From the NCBI GenBank assembly GCA_021613535.1, contig CP075492.1:13826001-13890000 (forward strand): DNA of 64,000 bases, written 5' to 3'. The translations under genes were made by a program, and so were the position numbers. The notes under the pieces are model-generated. The model was not told the origin of the DNA. It did no database searches and worked only from the letters and a program-made list of their open reading frames with translations. Source of the stretch: Adineta vaga (Eukaryota; Animalia; Rotifera). Of this stretch, positions 1 to 13,221 are shown piece by piece (within the stretch, counting starts at the first letter, position 1; every line of letters begins with the position of its first letter).

Positions 1-696
1 AGTACATTTGTGTTTTAATTATTCTAATTAGTCAATCAGGATATCGATAAATAATAATAATAATACATCATTTATTCAAATGTTTTGAAAGATTTTTTTA
101 TTTGATCATCAGTATAAAAAGAAAAGACAATTTCATTCATGTTTATTAACATTTATAATAATTATATTTTTTGTAATTTCATGGACATACATATTATACT
201 ATTACTGAAAAAGAAATAAATAGATTTTTACTTTCACCTGCATGTTTTTTTCTCATATATTCTGATGATTATTTTTTTGAATATAAAAAGTTGAAAAGAT
301 CATGAAAATGGCTGGAGATAATTAGAAATAAAACTAGATACTCACAACGCGCATGTCATTTACAAATGAATAAAATATCAACTAGGAGAGAAATCATTTG
401 ATGATTTAGAAACTTTGTATTTAACTCAGTTTGTAGACACTATCACAACTGTGCAGAATACTTCACTTTTCATGCTATGCATAGCAACAAAATTTTATTT
501 ATTTCAGAACAAACACAAAGATACATTGAAAAAGAGAAAAAGTTTAATTCACTGCGAATTCAAATTTTAAAGTTCAATTAATTAAATTAAATTAAATTAA
601 AATTAAACGGCATTAATTAAGAGATGCAAAAGCTTCTGACATATTTCACTGGCTAATGTTATAAATTCATGATTATTGAATGCAAAGAATGGCAAA

Positions 697-992
697 TTAA
701 AATGGAAGTAATTCAAGGAGCTTTTCGAAGAGAGGTTTGAGGAAATCAAGAGCATCTTTAGCTCCAATTTTTTCTCCACCACTTTCTGTTTTTTCTCCTG
801 CTTCTTGTGTCTTCCCATCAGGATAAAATAATCCACCTAAAATGAGTTAATATTTCAACAATCAATTTCTTTACTTAATGCTCTCCTACCTGTTGTCATT
901 CCATAAGGTGAGCCGTAATAGGAAGAATAATTGAGAGATTGATAGTATTGCATTTGATTTGGATACATGTTGTATGATGGATAGTAAGCCAT
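697..992 (-). CDS. 80 aa microprotein with Tyr-rich N-terminus and amphipathic C-terminal helix (exons 992-890, 836-697)
   Basis: A 53 nt GT..AG intron (889-837) joins MAYYPSYNMYPNQMQYYQSLNYSSYYGSPYGMTT in frame to GGLFYPDGKTQEAGEKTESGGEKIGAKDALDFLKPLFEKLLELLPF*. Confidence 0.7.
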
Positions 993-1396
993 TGGATCTT
1001 GTTTTGTTGGTCGATGAAGAAATAGGACGAAAATGAGATGATTGTGATGAAAATTCAATCGTTTATATACACTTTTGCTAACCAATGTTAAGAAGCATGT
1101 CAAATGAAGATTTTAATGAGTGAAGATCATGCATTTTCAAGTGTAAAATTGATTATGGATTGATATGAATATATCAGAGTAAATCATTTCCTACCATATC
1201 AAAATACCGTTGTCAATTATTCGGTTGAAAACAAAAACAAAATATCTTCATGTTCAAAGATATTAAGATGTAGACAAATGTCATGCCGATATACTTGAAT
1301 GACGTTTCAATTTCTTTGAATAGTGTAACAGATTGATTTTGTTATTGCGATGTGACATACATATGCCTTGAAACTATCAAACCTAGAAGTTCATTA

Positions 1397-1590
1397 TTAT
1401 GAATGTACAATAATAATAGGTTTCCGCTTTTTTTCGTTGCGATCATTCTTGTTGTTCTCGCACGTACGATAAATTCCAAAACAATATTCTAATATATTTA
1501 GAATTACAACGAAAACTACGACAACTGTCAAAGTAACAATAGAAATATAACCAAATGTTTTTGAGATGGAAAATGTGTATCTGTTCATAT
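1397..1590 (-). pseudogene. Possible orphan C-terminal fragment (TM helix plus basic tail) of a membrane protein
   Basis: FGYISIVTLTVVVVFVVILNILEYCFGI followed by a charged tail; no convincing upstream exons found. Confidence 0.3.
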
Positions 1591-1842
1591 ATATATGTAT
1601 GTAAAATTGACAAAAAGAAAACAAAACAAGACAGAGAGTACAGATAAAACTTAATCCTGCACATTCATATTGCCTCGTTTCATTTTTCTTGTCGTTCTAT
1701 GCATGTGTATTGACGTTTGTCTTTCATCACGATTTTGTAATGAAAATATGTATATAGAATGACATTTCATCCTACTTACTAACTGCGCATTTGTTTCTTC
1801 GACATAATACGGAATAATTGTAAAAAAATAAGGCGAGATACG

Positions 1843-2364
1843 ATGAGTAGACGTTCATTAAATGATCACACTTTATATACATTAACAACAACATCTTCGG
1901 ATACACCTTTTCATCGAAAATTAATGAAAAAATATGATCGATGGACGGTAATCTGTTTCATTATTGGTCTAATTAATATTTTCAGTGCGAGCTGGATGTT
2001 AATAGCACCTAGTCATTGGTATTATAATCTACCTGTTGGTATTCCTGAATCCGGACCATTAAATATTCATTTTATTCGTGATATCGGCTGTATGTTTCTA
2101 TTACTTGGTTGTGGATTATGGATTGGTGGTTTTCTTCTCATTGAATTTCGTTTACCATTGTTTACTATGAATACTAGCTTCTACATATTGCATATGTTAG
2201 TACACATTCATGAAATTGTGAGTGGTCGTATGCGAATGGGAATATTTTGGACAGATTTACCAGGTGTTTATGTTCCAGCTGTAGTTACTTTCATCCTCAA
2301 TATTATTTTAATTCGAAAAAACAAATCATCAACAATACAACAGCAGATCTTATTTCAAAATTAG
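1843..2364 (+). CDS. 173 aa intronless ~4-TM membrane protein, bacterial-like
   Basis: Clean ATG ORF, four hydrophobic segments, motif GPLNIHFIRDIG, downstream AATAAA near 2426. Confidence 0.75.
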   Translation: MSRRSLNDHTLYTLTTTSSDTPFHRKLMKKYDRWTVICFIIGLINIFSASWMLIAPSHWYYNLPVGIPESGPLNIHFIRDIGCMFLLLGCGLWIGGFLLIEFRLPLFTMNTSFYILHMLVHIHEIVSGRMRMGIFWTDLPGVYVPAVVTFILNIILIRKNKSSTIQQQILFQN

Positions 2365-2902
2365 TTCATTCAAATTTTCAATGATAATTACAGGGTGCTT
2401 TTTCTACATTTATATAAAATATGGAATAAATTTGATGTATAAATTTGTAAAGATATTTTTAGTTAAAATAAGAATACTAGGAACACGCAATTCACTTGAT
2501 TGAAATCAATTCCAATTGAAAAAGTATTGCGAATATTGTATACTTTAATTTTTATAACAGGAAATGAATACAGGTTTGTCAAAGAGGAAACGAGTGATTG
2601 CTTTTGAAAGGTTTTTATGTAAATGAGAAATTCATATAAATTTCTTCGTGGAATCTGCAATTTTGAAAAAATTAATAAGTTTTTTAATTATGAATATGTG
2701 TAAGTTACAAATTTATTTATGGAAGAGAGAATACATTTATTTTATCATTTATTAGTAAAACAATGATATTCAGTTTATAATATTTAGAGAAAAGAATATG
2801 TGAAAAATCACATTGAGTATACATATATATGAGGATTCAGTAATTAGCGCAAGATATCTCAACTGATCTTTTTTTGTCTATTTCAGAAGAAATCAACGTG
2901 TT

Positions 2903-4330
2903 ATGGCAAATAAGATTCTACTATTTTTACTTACAATTACTGTACAATCCTTATCGTCTAATATACATTCAATATACATGTCTAAAATCGGCGATAGTAA
3001 ATATGAATGTAACGATTCAGATTGTTCATCGTCTAAGACAGTTTCCGTATCCGATTTACGACATTGTGAAATTGCTTGTTTAGTTGATATAACTTGTCGT
3101 ACATTGACATATGATCAATCGAATAATGCATGTCAATTATTCGTCGATAGTCCGAATGAACGTGGTAACATGCTAGCACAAACAGACATATTAACCTTAA
3201 TCGTCTTGGATAACAGACCAGCACCCATCGGTAAGTAGAGATAACGTGCATTGCTGTCGAATAGAATAGTATTACTATCATTGATATTCTTTAGTTTGCA
3301 CCAGCATGTTTTATAATCAAAGTACTTATGGAACTGGATCTTCTCCATTGGCATTGGCCGTAGGCGATGTTACTGGTGACATGAACGTTGACATTGTTAC
3401 TGTAAATTATATGTCGAATACTATCAGTGTTCTCTTCAATACAGGCAACGGTACTTTTCTTCCTCATGCCCAATATACAGTTGGTTCCTATCCAGGATCG
3501 GCATAGCAATTGCTGATATAAACCATGACAATAAATCTGATATTATTGTCGCAAATCTAGGATCAGGTAAGATTAGTGTTCTTCTCAATGCAGGCAACGG
3601 CATCTTTCTGAATCAAACAATGTATGCAACTGATGCATATCCATCGTCCGTAATAGTAGCTGACTTAAATAACGATTATCAACTTGATATTATTGTTACT
3701 AATTCTGCTGGGAACAATGTTAGTGTCTTTATCAATGCAGGCGGTGGTATCTTTGAAAATCAAACTACGTATCCAACGGGTTCTAGTCCATTGTCTTCAG
3801 CCGTTATTGATGTTAATAATGACAATCAACCAGATATTCTGGTTGCAAATTCAGGATCAAATACCATGAGCGTTCTCCTCAATACAGGTAATGGTACATT
3901 TGGTTTTGAGACTACTTTTGCAACTGGATCCTCACCACAATCAATGGCAGTAGCCGATCTAAATCAAGACGGTAAACCCGATGTCGTAGTTGCAAATTAT
4001 GATTCAGACAGTATGAGTATTCTTCTCAATACAGGTAGCGGTAGTTTTTATCCGCAAATGACTTATACAGTCGGTGATGGTCCACAAACAGTTGCTGTCG
4101 CTGATATGAATAGTGATGATGCGATCGATATTATTGTTACAAATTCGAATTCGAACAATATTGCTATATATATAAACGCAGGTAATGCTAGTTTTCCGAA
4201 TAAAACCATGTATTCGACTCGCGCTTCGCCAGCCTTTGGAACCGCTGTCGATTTAAATAATGATGGAAAAGCTGATCTAATCGTTACCAATTCGGGTTTC
4301 AACGATGTTGCAATTCGATTGCATTGTTAA
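2903..4330 (+). CDS. Secreted PAN/apple-like plus FG-GAP/VCBS-repeat protein with one frameshift (possible pseudogene)
   Basis: Signal peptide, Cys pattern CEIACLVDITCRTLTY...C, intron 3231-3294, repeated DxNxDGxxDxxVxN motifs; frame changes at ~3501-3503 (GGATCGGCATAGCAATTGCTGAT). Confidence 0.8.
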
Positions 4331-4597
4331 AACTAAACTATCAAAACAAACTTTTCTAGATACTCTTCAAATAATTTATTAAAGAAACATATAGTCACAT
4401 TTAGTTAATGTTGTAACCTTTAATTACATTTTGTCATTACATTCATTTCCAAATAAAAATAATCAATACAAGTATATTGTAGAAATGTTTTCAAAAGCAG
4501 AAATATTACGAGATCTACATTATTTTCCTATTTTCAATGATTTATCTGCTTAATTCACTCTTTTTGTGCAAACAAAGTCATTGGTCATATAAATGTC

Positions 4598-4615
4598 GAC
4601 GACGACGACGACGAC
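4598..4615 (+). repeat. (GAC)6 microsatellite upstream of the START gene
   Basis: gacgacgacgacgacgac read directly. Confidence 0.85.
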
Positions 4616-4710
4616 TCATTTCTTCAAGTCTTCAAAGTAAGAATAGTATATACCTGCATACAGAACGAACAAAAAGTATAGCAACTACAACAACATTGTA
4701 AGCAAGTCAC

Positions 4711-5424
4711 ATGGCTGTTAACTACGACGCAGCGACACTCGATCGTTATTTAGATGATGATTTAGCATTAATCAACAATACAAATATCTGGAAAGAATAT
4801 AAACGTGGTAAACAACATAAAGATGATATTTGTTATATTCATAAACCATCGAATGATTCTATTTGGTGGATTAAATTAGTAGCTCATGTAGATAATAGTT
4901 CCATGGCAAATATTGATGATTTACTTGATGCTAGTCTCAAACAACGTCATCCCGAATGGCATGAACTCTATATTGATGGTCGAATTCTTCGAAAAAATGA
5001 TGGTGGTCGAAGTGAATTGTGTTATTTTCAGTATGACGAGAAAGAAAATTCACCTGATAAGTTTCAATAGTTTTTCTTTCTTTTTAGATATGCATCACCA
5101 TCGATTTTAATTGCTCCTCGTGATACATGTTATATTAAAGTACGACGTAATCTTCCGAATGGTTTTATTCTTAGTTATCGATCAGTTGATTTACCTGAAG
5201 CACGAGATATCAGTGGTAAATTCGTTCGAACTATCTTCAAAGGCGCACATCTAATTGAAACAACTGATAAAGATAATAGTTTTCGTTATACATATTTACA
5301 ATATGCCGATCCCGGTGGTCAAATTCCAAAAATGTTAGCTAATCGACCACAATGTAATATAATTCTCAATGAAATTGAAGGCATTCGACGAGCAATGAAA
5401 AATACAATTGATTGTTCTAAATAA
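4711..5424 (+). CDS. START-domain lipid-binding protein (exons 4711-5030, 5088-5424)
   Basis: A 57 nt intron restores the frame; exon 2 has IAPRDTCY, YRSVDLPE and YADPGGQIPKMLAN, typical START motifs. Confidence 0.8.
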
Positions 5425-5916
5425 AACATTTGTTTACAGTGCTATCTATTTGAATTATCGATAGATTTTTCTTTTCAAACATAATTATATATATAAATCG
5501 ACCAGTAATGGATGTATTGATATGTTGGTGAAAATGCTTGAAATTAACGGGAAGATGATCGTAAAGATTTTTCTCATTGTTTTTCTTCATTTATCTTGTT
5601 ATACATTTATCAATTACGAATAAAAATGTCACCCTAGTAGAAGATGAATTTGATTTATTCGGGTCGGTAGGTATGGTCTATATCATTGAGTAGAAGGGAT
5701 TTTTACGCAGTGATGGTTATGTATTTTATACGATACAGAAGATACTCATGCCTCGATGATATATTCATCGTCAAGAGGATAGAACAGAAATGAAGCGTAA
5801 CGGTCATCGATTATCTTTTTCTTTTTCTTCATAGAAAAACATGAAAAAAAACCATTATATAGTCTGTTAACATAAACAAAGAAAACGTTTCCATTTATTT
5901 CAGGAGATCGCAGAAG

Positions 5917-7541
5917 ATGAATGATGTCAATCGTTTGGAAAGTCTTGGATATAAACAAGAATTAACACGAAGTTTAACTCGTTTAACAAATTATGGAATG
6001 ACATTATCCGTTGTTAGTATTACTTCAGGTGTTACATCTTTGTTTGCATATGGAATGATGACTGGTGGTCCTATTGTTATGGTTTGGGGATGGATACTTG
6101 TTTCTCTATTTACTATTTGTGTTAGCCTTGGTATGGCAGAGATCTGATCAGCTTATCCAACTGCAGGTGGTCTTTATTTTTGGACTGCTAATCTTGTTCC
6201 TCAACAATATCGTTCCATGGTTAGTTGGTTTACTGGTTGGTTTAATTTGATGGGACAATTTGCTGCTGTTGCATCTGTTGATTTTGGTCTTGCCATGCTG
6301 ATTGGTAGTGTTATTTCTATTGGTGTTGGTGATTGGTCACCTCGTCCATGGCATATTGTCTTGATTCATTTAATACTTATTCTGAGTCATGGTATAGGTA
6401 ATTCGCTTGGTCGTCGTGTTCTCTTGTGGATCACTTATGTGTCAACGTGGTGGCAATTATTTGCACCAGTTATTGTTGCGATTGCAGTTTTAGCAGGTGG
6501 AAAAGGTGAAAATCATACGGCAACATTTGTCTTTACAACTTTTGTCAATCGAACAGGATGGACAAGTTCAGTAAGTTGCAATTTTTATATTTTGAGAAAA
6601 AATTGATGATTCTATTTATTCATTGGAATAGGTTTATGTTGTTTTAATTGGTCTTCTTCAAGCTCAATTTTGTCTAGCTGGCTATGATTCTGCAGCACAT
6701 ATGAGTGAAGAAACAAAACAAGCTGATATTGCAGGTCCATGGGGAATGGTTGGTGCTCTAGTTGGATCTTCATTCTTGGGTTGGTTCTTCTTAGTTTCAC
6801 TTCTAACTGGTATACATAATTATGAATCAACAGTCAAAAGTGCAACAGGATTTGCCGTAATACAAATTTTAATGGATAATTTTGGTCGAACATGGACATT
6901 GATTTTTATGTGTACACTCTTGATGGCTTGTTGGTTTTGTGGTTTAGTTACAGTCACATCAAATTCACGGATGATTTATGCATTTAGTCGAGATCATGCT
7001 TTGGTAAAGACAATCGTTTCTTTTTCTTTTTCTTCATTTAATGTGTATCTTTTTATCATAGCCATGGAGTCATATTTGGCAAAAAATACATCCTCAACTT
7101 TCATGTCCATTGAATGGTGTATGGCTTTCATGTACAATTGGTTTTCTTCTCGGTCTTCCATATTTAATCAATTCAACTGCATATTCTGCTGTTACTAGTC
7201 TTTGTACAATATGTCTTTATGTGGCATATGGTCTACCAATACTTTGCAAACTGTTCTCGCCTATAGCATTTCCTCATGGTCCATTTCATCTTGGTCGATT
7301 TTCGACCTATATCAATATAATTGCTTTAATATGGATATCTTTAATTGTAGTTCTATTTGTTCTACCTACAGAATATCCAGTAACAGCTATTAATATGAAC
7401 TATGCATCAGTTGGATTTGGAACGGTATTAATCATCTCTTCTCTCGTTTATATATTCTCAGCTCGACATTGGTTTAAAGGTCCTCGTACGAATGTTAGTT
7501 CAATGACTGAACTAAAATCATCCACAAATTCTGAAATTTAA
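5917..7541 (+). CDS. APC-superfamily amino acid/GABA permease (BAT1/UGA4-like) with in-frame TGA at 6145-6147 (exons 5917-6570, 6632-7003, 7062-7541)
   Basis: LGYKQEL, GGP..MVWGW, MAEI*SAYPTAGGLYFW, GYDSAAHMSEETK, SRMIYAFSRD, GPFHLG, MNYA, ARHWFKGP motifs; introns of 61 and 58 nt keep the frame. Confidence 0.85.
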
Positions 7542-7600
7542 TATTTCAATTCGAATTTTTAGAGTTTACGCTTTATTTAAAAAAGAATAAAAATTTCACA

Positions 7601-8240
7601 CTAATTGCCTGTTGATAAAGCACCTGCACCGATTCCAAAACCAACACCTTTTGGACCAAATAAACGTTGATAACAATCTGAAACGAGCAAAAAACCAAAC
7701 CTCAGATATTGACAATTTTAAGAACTGTTTTTGTCTTACTATTGTCATAAAGATTGCCATCATGTTCAGAAAAATTTGCACCATTGATACTTTTTTTACA
7801 ATTAGCACATCGATAACATAACTTATGAAAAGACTAAATATAATCATAGAGAATTTTAAGATCGAAATTTACTACGATCATATACTTGTCCAACAGCTTT
7901 GACTTCTTCAGCAAAATAAACAGGTTTTCCACATCGTGGACAGATATTACCTTTTGGTTTTTGATTTGTTGAAGATAGTCCAGATGCACCATGACTCATA
8001 AAGCCACTCGCTATTGTCTTTTCATTAGTCTACTTAGATGTTACACATTTTCGTTAAGTAATCATCGGTATGATTGATTCTAGATACTCACTGTCGACTC
8101 TGTAGTACTCTTATTATTGTCTGCTGGTTGTTCGGCAAGTGGCGACTAATTATAGAACAAAAATTATATTTATTATAATGAATTATTTTTCTTACTTGAC
8201 CAACGATTTGATTTATAGCACGAGAAGAAAAAGATGCCAT
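7601..8240 (-). CDS. Single-LIM cysteine-rich protein (CRIP/CSRP-like), about 5 exons
   Basis: Spliced product contains CPRCGKPVYFAEEVKAVGQSFHKLCYRCANCKKSINGANFSEHDGNLYDNNCYQRLFGPKGVGFGIGAGALSTGN*. 5' exons are inferred from in-phase GT-AG introns. Confidence 0.8.
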
Positions 8241-8496
8241 GAGTGTACACTGTAGAAAATGTTTCAAAAGAAAAAATACGAACGGTAGTAAAAAAACCTG
8301 TGTATTTATTCAAGATAAGATATTTGCTATTTGTTACTTTATATGTAGAAGAAATACGAGACAATCTCAAGAAAGATGAATCACTGAAATGATTATAAAA
8401 AGAAATGTGATTTAAATGTGAATATCGCCCCCAATCTCCGCCCTCGGTTACATTATTCATTCTTTATTTTATTTGGAAGAAAAACGTCAGTAATGT

Positions 8497-10234
<1,738 letters not shown>

Positions 10235-10784
10235 CTACAATACGTGTTCGTGTCGTTAAATAGATGGTTTTTACTTTTCCGCCAAACTTACATGTTATAT
10301 ATGTACACATATAATGACCTGTAAAACAAGCATAATAGAATAAGTTTTGAAATAATGGTTTGACAAAGGTGTTTTTCAGTGGCTGATACTGACACGAAAC
10401 GAACACTGTTTTTGTTTCTTGCACAGCATCATCAAACGATTACCTCGTGGTACAGCAAGTAAACTATATGAATGTTGAATAGAAGTGAAAGAGATAGAAT
10501 GGAATGTTCATTTGTTCAATTTCTATAAAATAATGCAAGATGATACTTCAAATTAAAGATTGTCATTGAAACGTGCCATTTATATTTTCATCGGTGGTTT
10601 TTGTTCTATCTTGGGTAATAAATTATCATTTAAGAAGAGTTCTTTTTTACGATGAAATCGTTATTCTTATCTGTAATCATGATATATTTTATGATCACAA
10701 TCAACTTATCGAATTTATATATATAAAAGCATCAAAAATTTGCAAGAATGCATTGTATTTTCTTTCTGACTATTAACATTTGAA

Positions 10785-11219
10785 ATGAATATCGATAAGA
10801 AGAGTACGACTACTATTCCTTCGTCAGAATCACAAAACAAAACTTGGAACCCTTTAGAAGAATCTCGAAAGCAGAAATTTTGTGTTCAACGTACTCCACC
10901 ACTTTGTCTACGTCAATATGTTCGATCTACTATCACTAATGTTCATGGTGATGGACCATGGAAACCAGCTGGTCTCAATCGTTACATTAAACCTCTAACA
11001 GCAGGAGAAAAGGAAAAACTTCATCAAGAAGCTCAACGTATCAAAAATAAACCAAAAATAGAAATTCGACACAAAACTTCTAAGGGAGAAGCGGAAATAC
11101 CATGGCGTCCATCTGGTCTTAGAAAATATGAATCCGTACCCTATTTTGATTCACCCAGTCTTCGATGGTCTCTTCAAGATGTCAAACATTCGATGGGTAT
11201 TTCAGACAACAAAAACTAA
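10785..11219 (+). CDS. 144 aa basic protein with two PW[KR]P[AS]GL repeats, function unknown
   Basis: Intronless ATG ORF; GPWKPAGLNRY and IPWRPSGLRKY; AATAAA near 11272. Confidence 0.65.
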   Translation: MNIDKKSTTTIPSSESQNKTWNPLEESRKQKFCVQRTPPLCLRQYVRSTITNVHGDGPWKPAGLNRYIKPLTAGEKEKLHQEAQRIKNKPKIEIRHKTSKGEAEIPWRPSGLRKYESVPYFDSPSLRWSLQDVKHSMGISDNKN

Positions 11220-11304
11220 TTCATCTTAATATTCATCGAATTTTATTCTGATTTAATAGAATTAAAAATACAATAAAAAGTACATTGAATATATCCACTC
11301 ATCA

Positions 11305-13221
11305 CTAATGCCAATATTTTCTGATATGTTCTGGATCAGTCATTCTAAACATTCAAATTTCGAAAGATATATAATGAAAGAAATCCTATACAAGAAGTTA
11401 TTCTCACTTATAGCAATGATTTCCATATCGACATTTTTCTTTCATGAAATCATCTGGATGTGAATATTTTCTCATGTGATCAGGTGCTTTACTAAAACAA
11501 AATAATATCTTTATTTAATCACATGTCTAAAAAGATATCCGATTTACTCGTAACATCCTTTTCCATATCGACATGGGATTTTTCTCGAAAGATCATGACG
11601 AGATTCTTCCGGATGAGAATATTTCTTTCGATGTTCAAAATCATGCCTAATTTTAAAAAAAGTTAATTATTTTTTCATTCAATTGAATCGAATTGATCAA
11701 TTACCTGAAACAATCAGATCCATAACGACATTTTGCCTTTTCGAACTGACTATTGCCCAAACCAATATGAAAATCGGAATCACCTGAATGTATAAATTCT
11801 CTGCGATGATCAGATTCAACACTTAAAAACAAAATTTTATTAAACGATATTCTTAATATTAAAATAGAAATACTTGTAACACTCTCGACCATATCTACAC
11901 GGACGACGTGAACCAACTATCGAATGAAATAAAACTTCATATTTATCTTTAACAAAATGACTAGAATACATACAGAGTGTTGTTGTTGCCATTGTTGTTG
12001 ATGATGATGATGAACTAGCAGAACGTGGAAGTTTACCTAAAAGAACGCAAATCGTAGTTTTTCGGTATATCTATCTTGAATAATCTTACTAAGTTCATGT
12101 CGAACATCATCGGATACTTTGAGATAGCATACATCATCGACCGAACAGAAGTTTTCATGGAATATTTTAACAATAGCACCAAGTGATGGATGTCCTTTCA
12201 TTTGTAAATAAGTTGATTTAGCACTGGCACGTTCATCAGGATTTTTCTTTAATAAAAGTTCAATAATTGCTTTATAACCACCTTCACGTGGAACGATAAT
12301 ATCTCTTGCATGAGGATTATTACAGAAACTATCATAATCAGCTTCATTTTTCCATGGAAATTTCTCGAAAAATAATACATAAAACATGACACCAGCTGCC
12401 CATGCATCTGATTTTTTATGAAGATGTCGGGACATAATATTACGCGAATTACGACGTAAGAATTCTGGCGAAGCAAAATAAACTGTATGAGCTTTATTGA
12501 CATCGACTGTAATTTGTGGAGATTTAGTGTTCATCTTTTCTACCGTTCCAAAATCGATTAATTTTACAAAAAAATGTTGTTGATGGCTTTGAACAATAAC
12601 CAAATTTTGTGGTTTTATATCACCATGAATAATATTTAGTTTCTCAAGAAAGATCAATGCACGTAGAACATAAACGATAATAATAATACCAAATAAAAAC
12701 TTTTGTTGTGCTTCTCGATGAGCAGCATTATTGAACCAGAATGTTAAGAGATCAGTTGCAGCTAATTCCATTGCAATACAGATATTTTCTTTTGTAAATT
12801 TACAACCATAATATTCAATAACAGGATGATTGTCTATATCAATACTTTTAATTAATCGTAAGAAATGAATTTCACTTTTGATTTCTTCTTGTATGCCGGG
12901 AATATTATTCATGATTTTGATTGCTACAATACGATTACGTCTTCGATCTTGCGCTTTATAAACTTGTCCAAAACCACCTCGATTAATAAATTGAATCAGT
13001 TGATATTGAACACCATCGATTTCAATTTGTTTCAAATCATTTGTTCCACCAGCTTTATTATCTACAGGAGTTTTTTGAAAATTTAATAATTTACCCATTT
13101 GTTCAATTGACGCTTCGTAATTTCTCTTATTATTTTGATGTTCTTTAGCGAAATGGTTTGCATGTTGAGCATTATGTATCATAATTGAATCTTGTTGATG
13201 ATCTGATGGTCCGGCTCCCAT
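11305..13221 (-). CDS. 525 aa non-RD Ser/Thr kinase with four C-terminal PBZ (zf-CCHH) fingers (exons 13221-12090, 12036-11974, 11916-11874, 11821-11705, 11646-11548, 11491-11408, 11344-11305)
   Basis: MGAGPS start; RGGFGQV, VAIK, HGDIKPQN, DFG, ASPE kinase motifs; six 52-63 nt GT-AG introns, all phase-consistent; four C-x5-C-x6/7-H-x5-H motifs each starting CRYG. Confidence 0.9.

Noticed and set aside
574-606. (ATTAA)n run
   Set aside because: Low-complexity AT tract expected at this base composition.
7500-7545. ATGAC..AAAA..TGAA near the permease stop as a SECIS
   Set aside because: It lies inside the CDS, the core-to-A-run spacing is too short, and helix pairing is poor.
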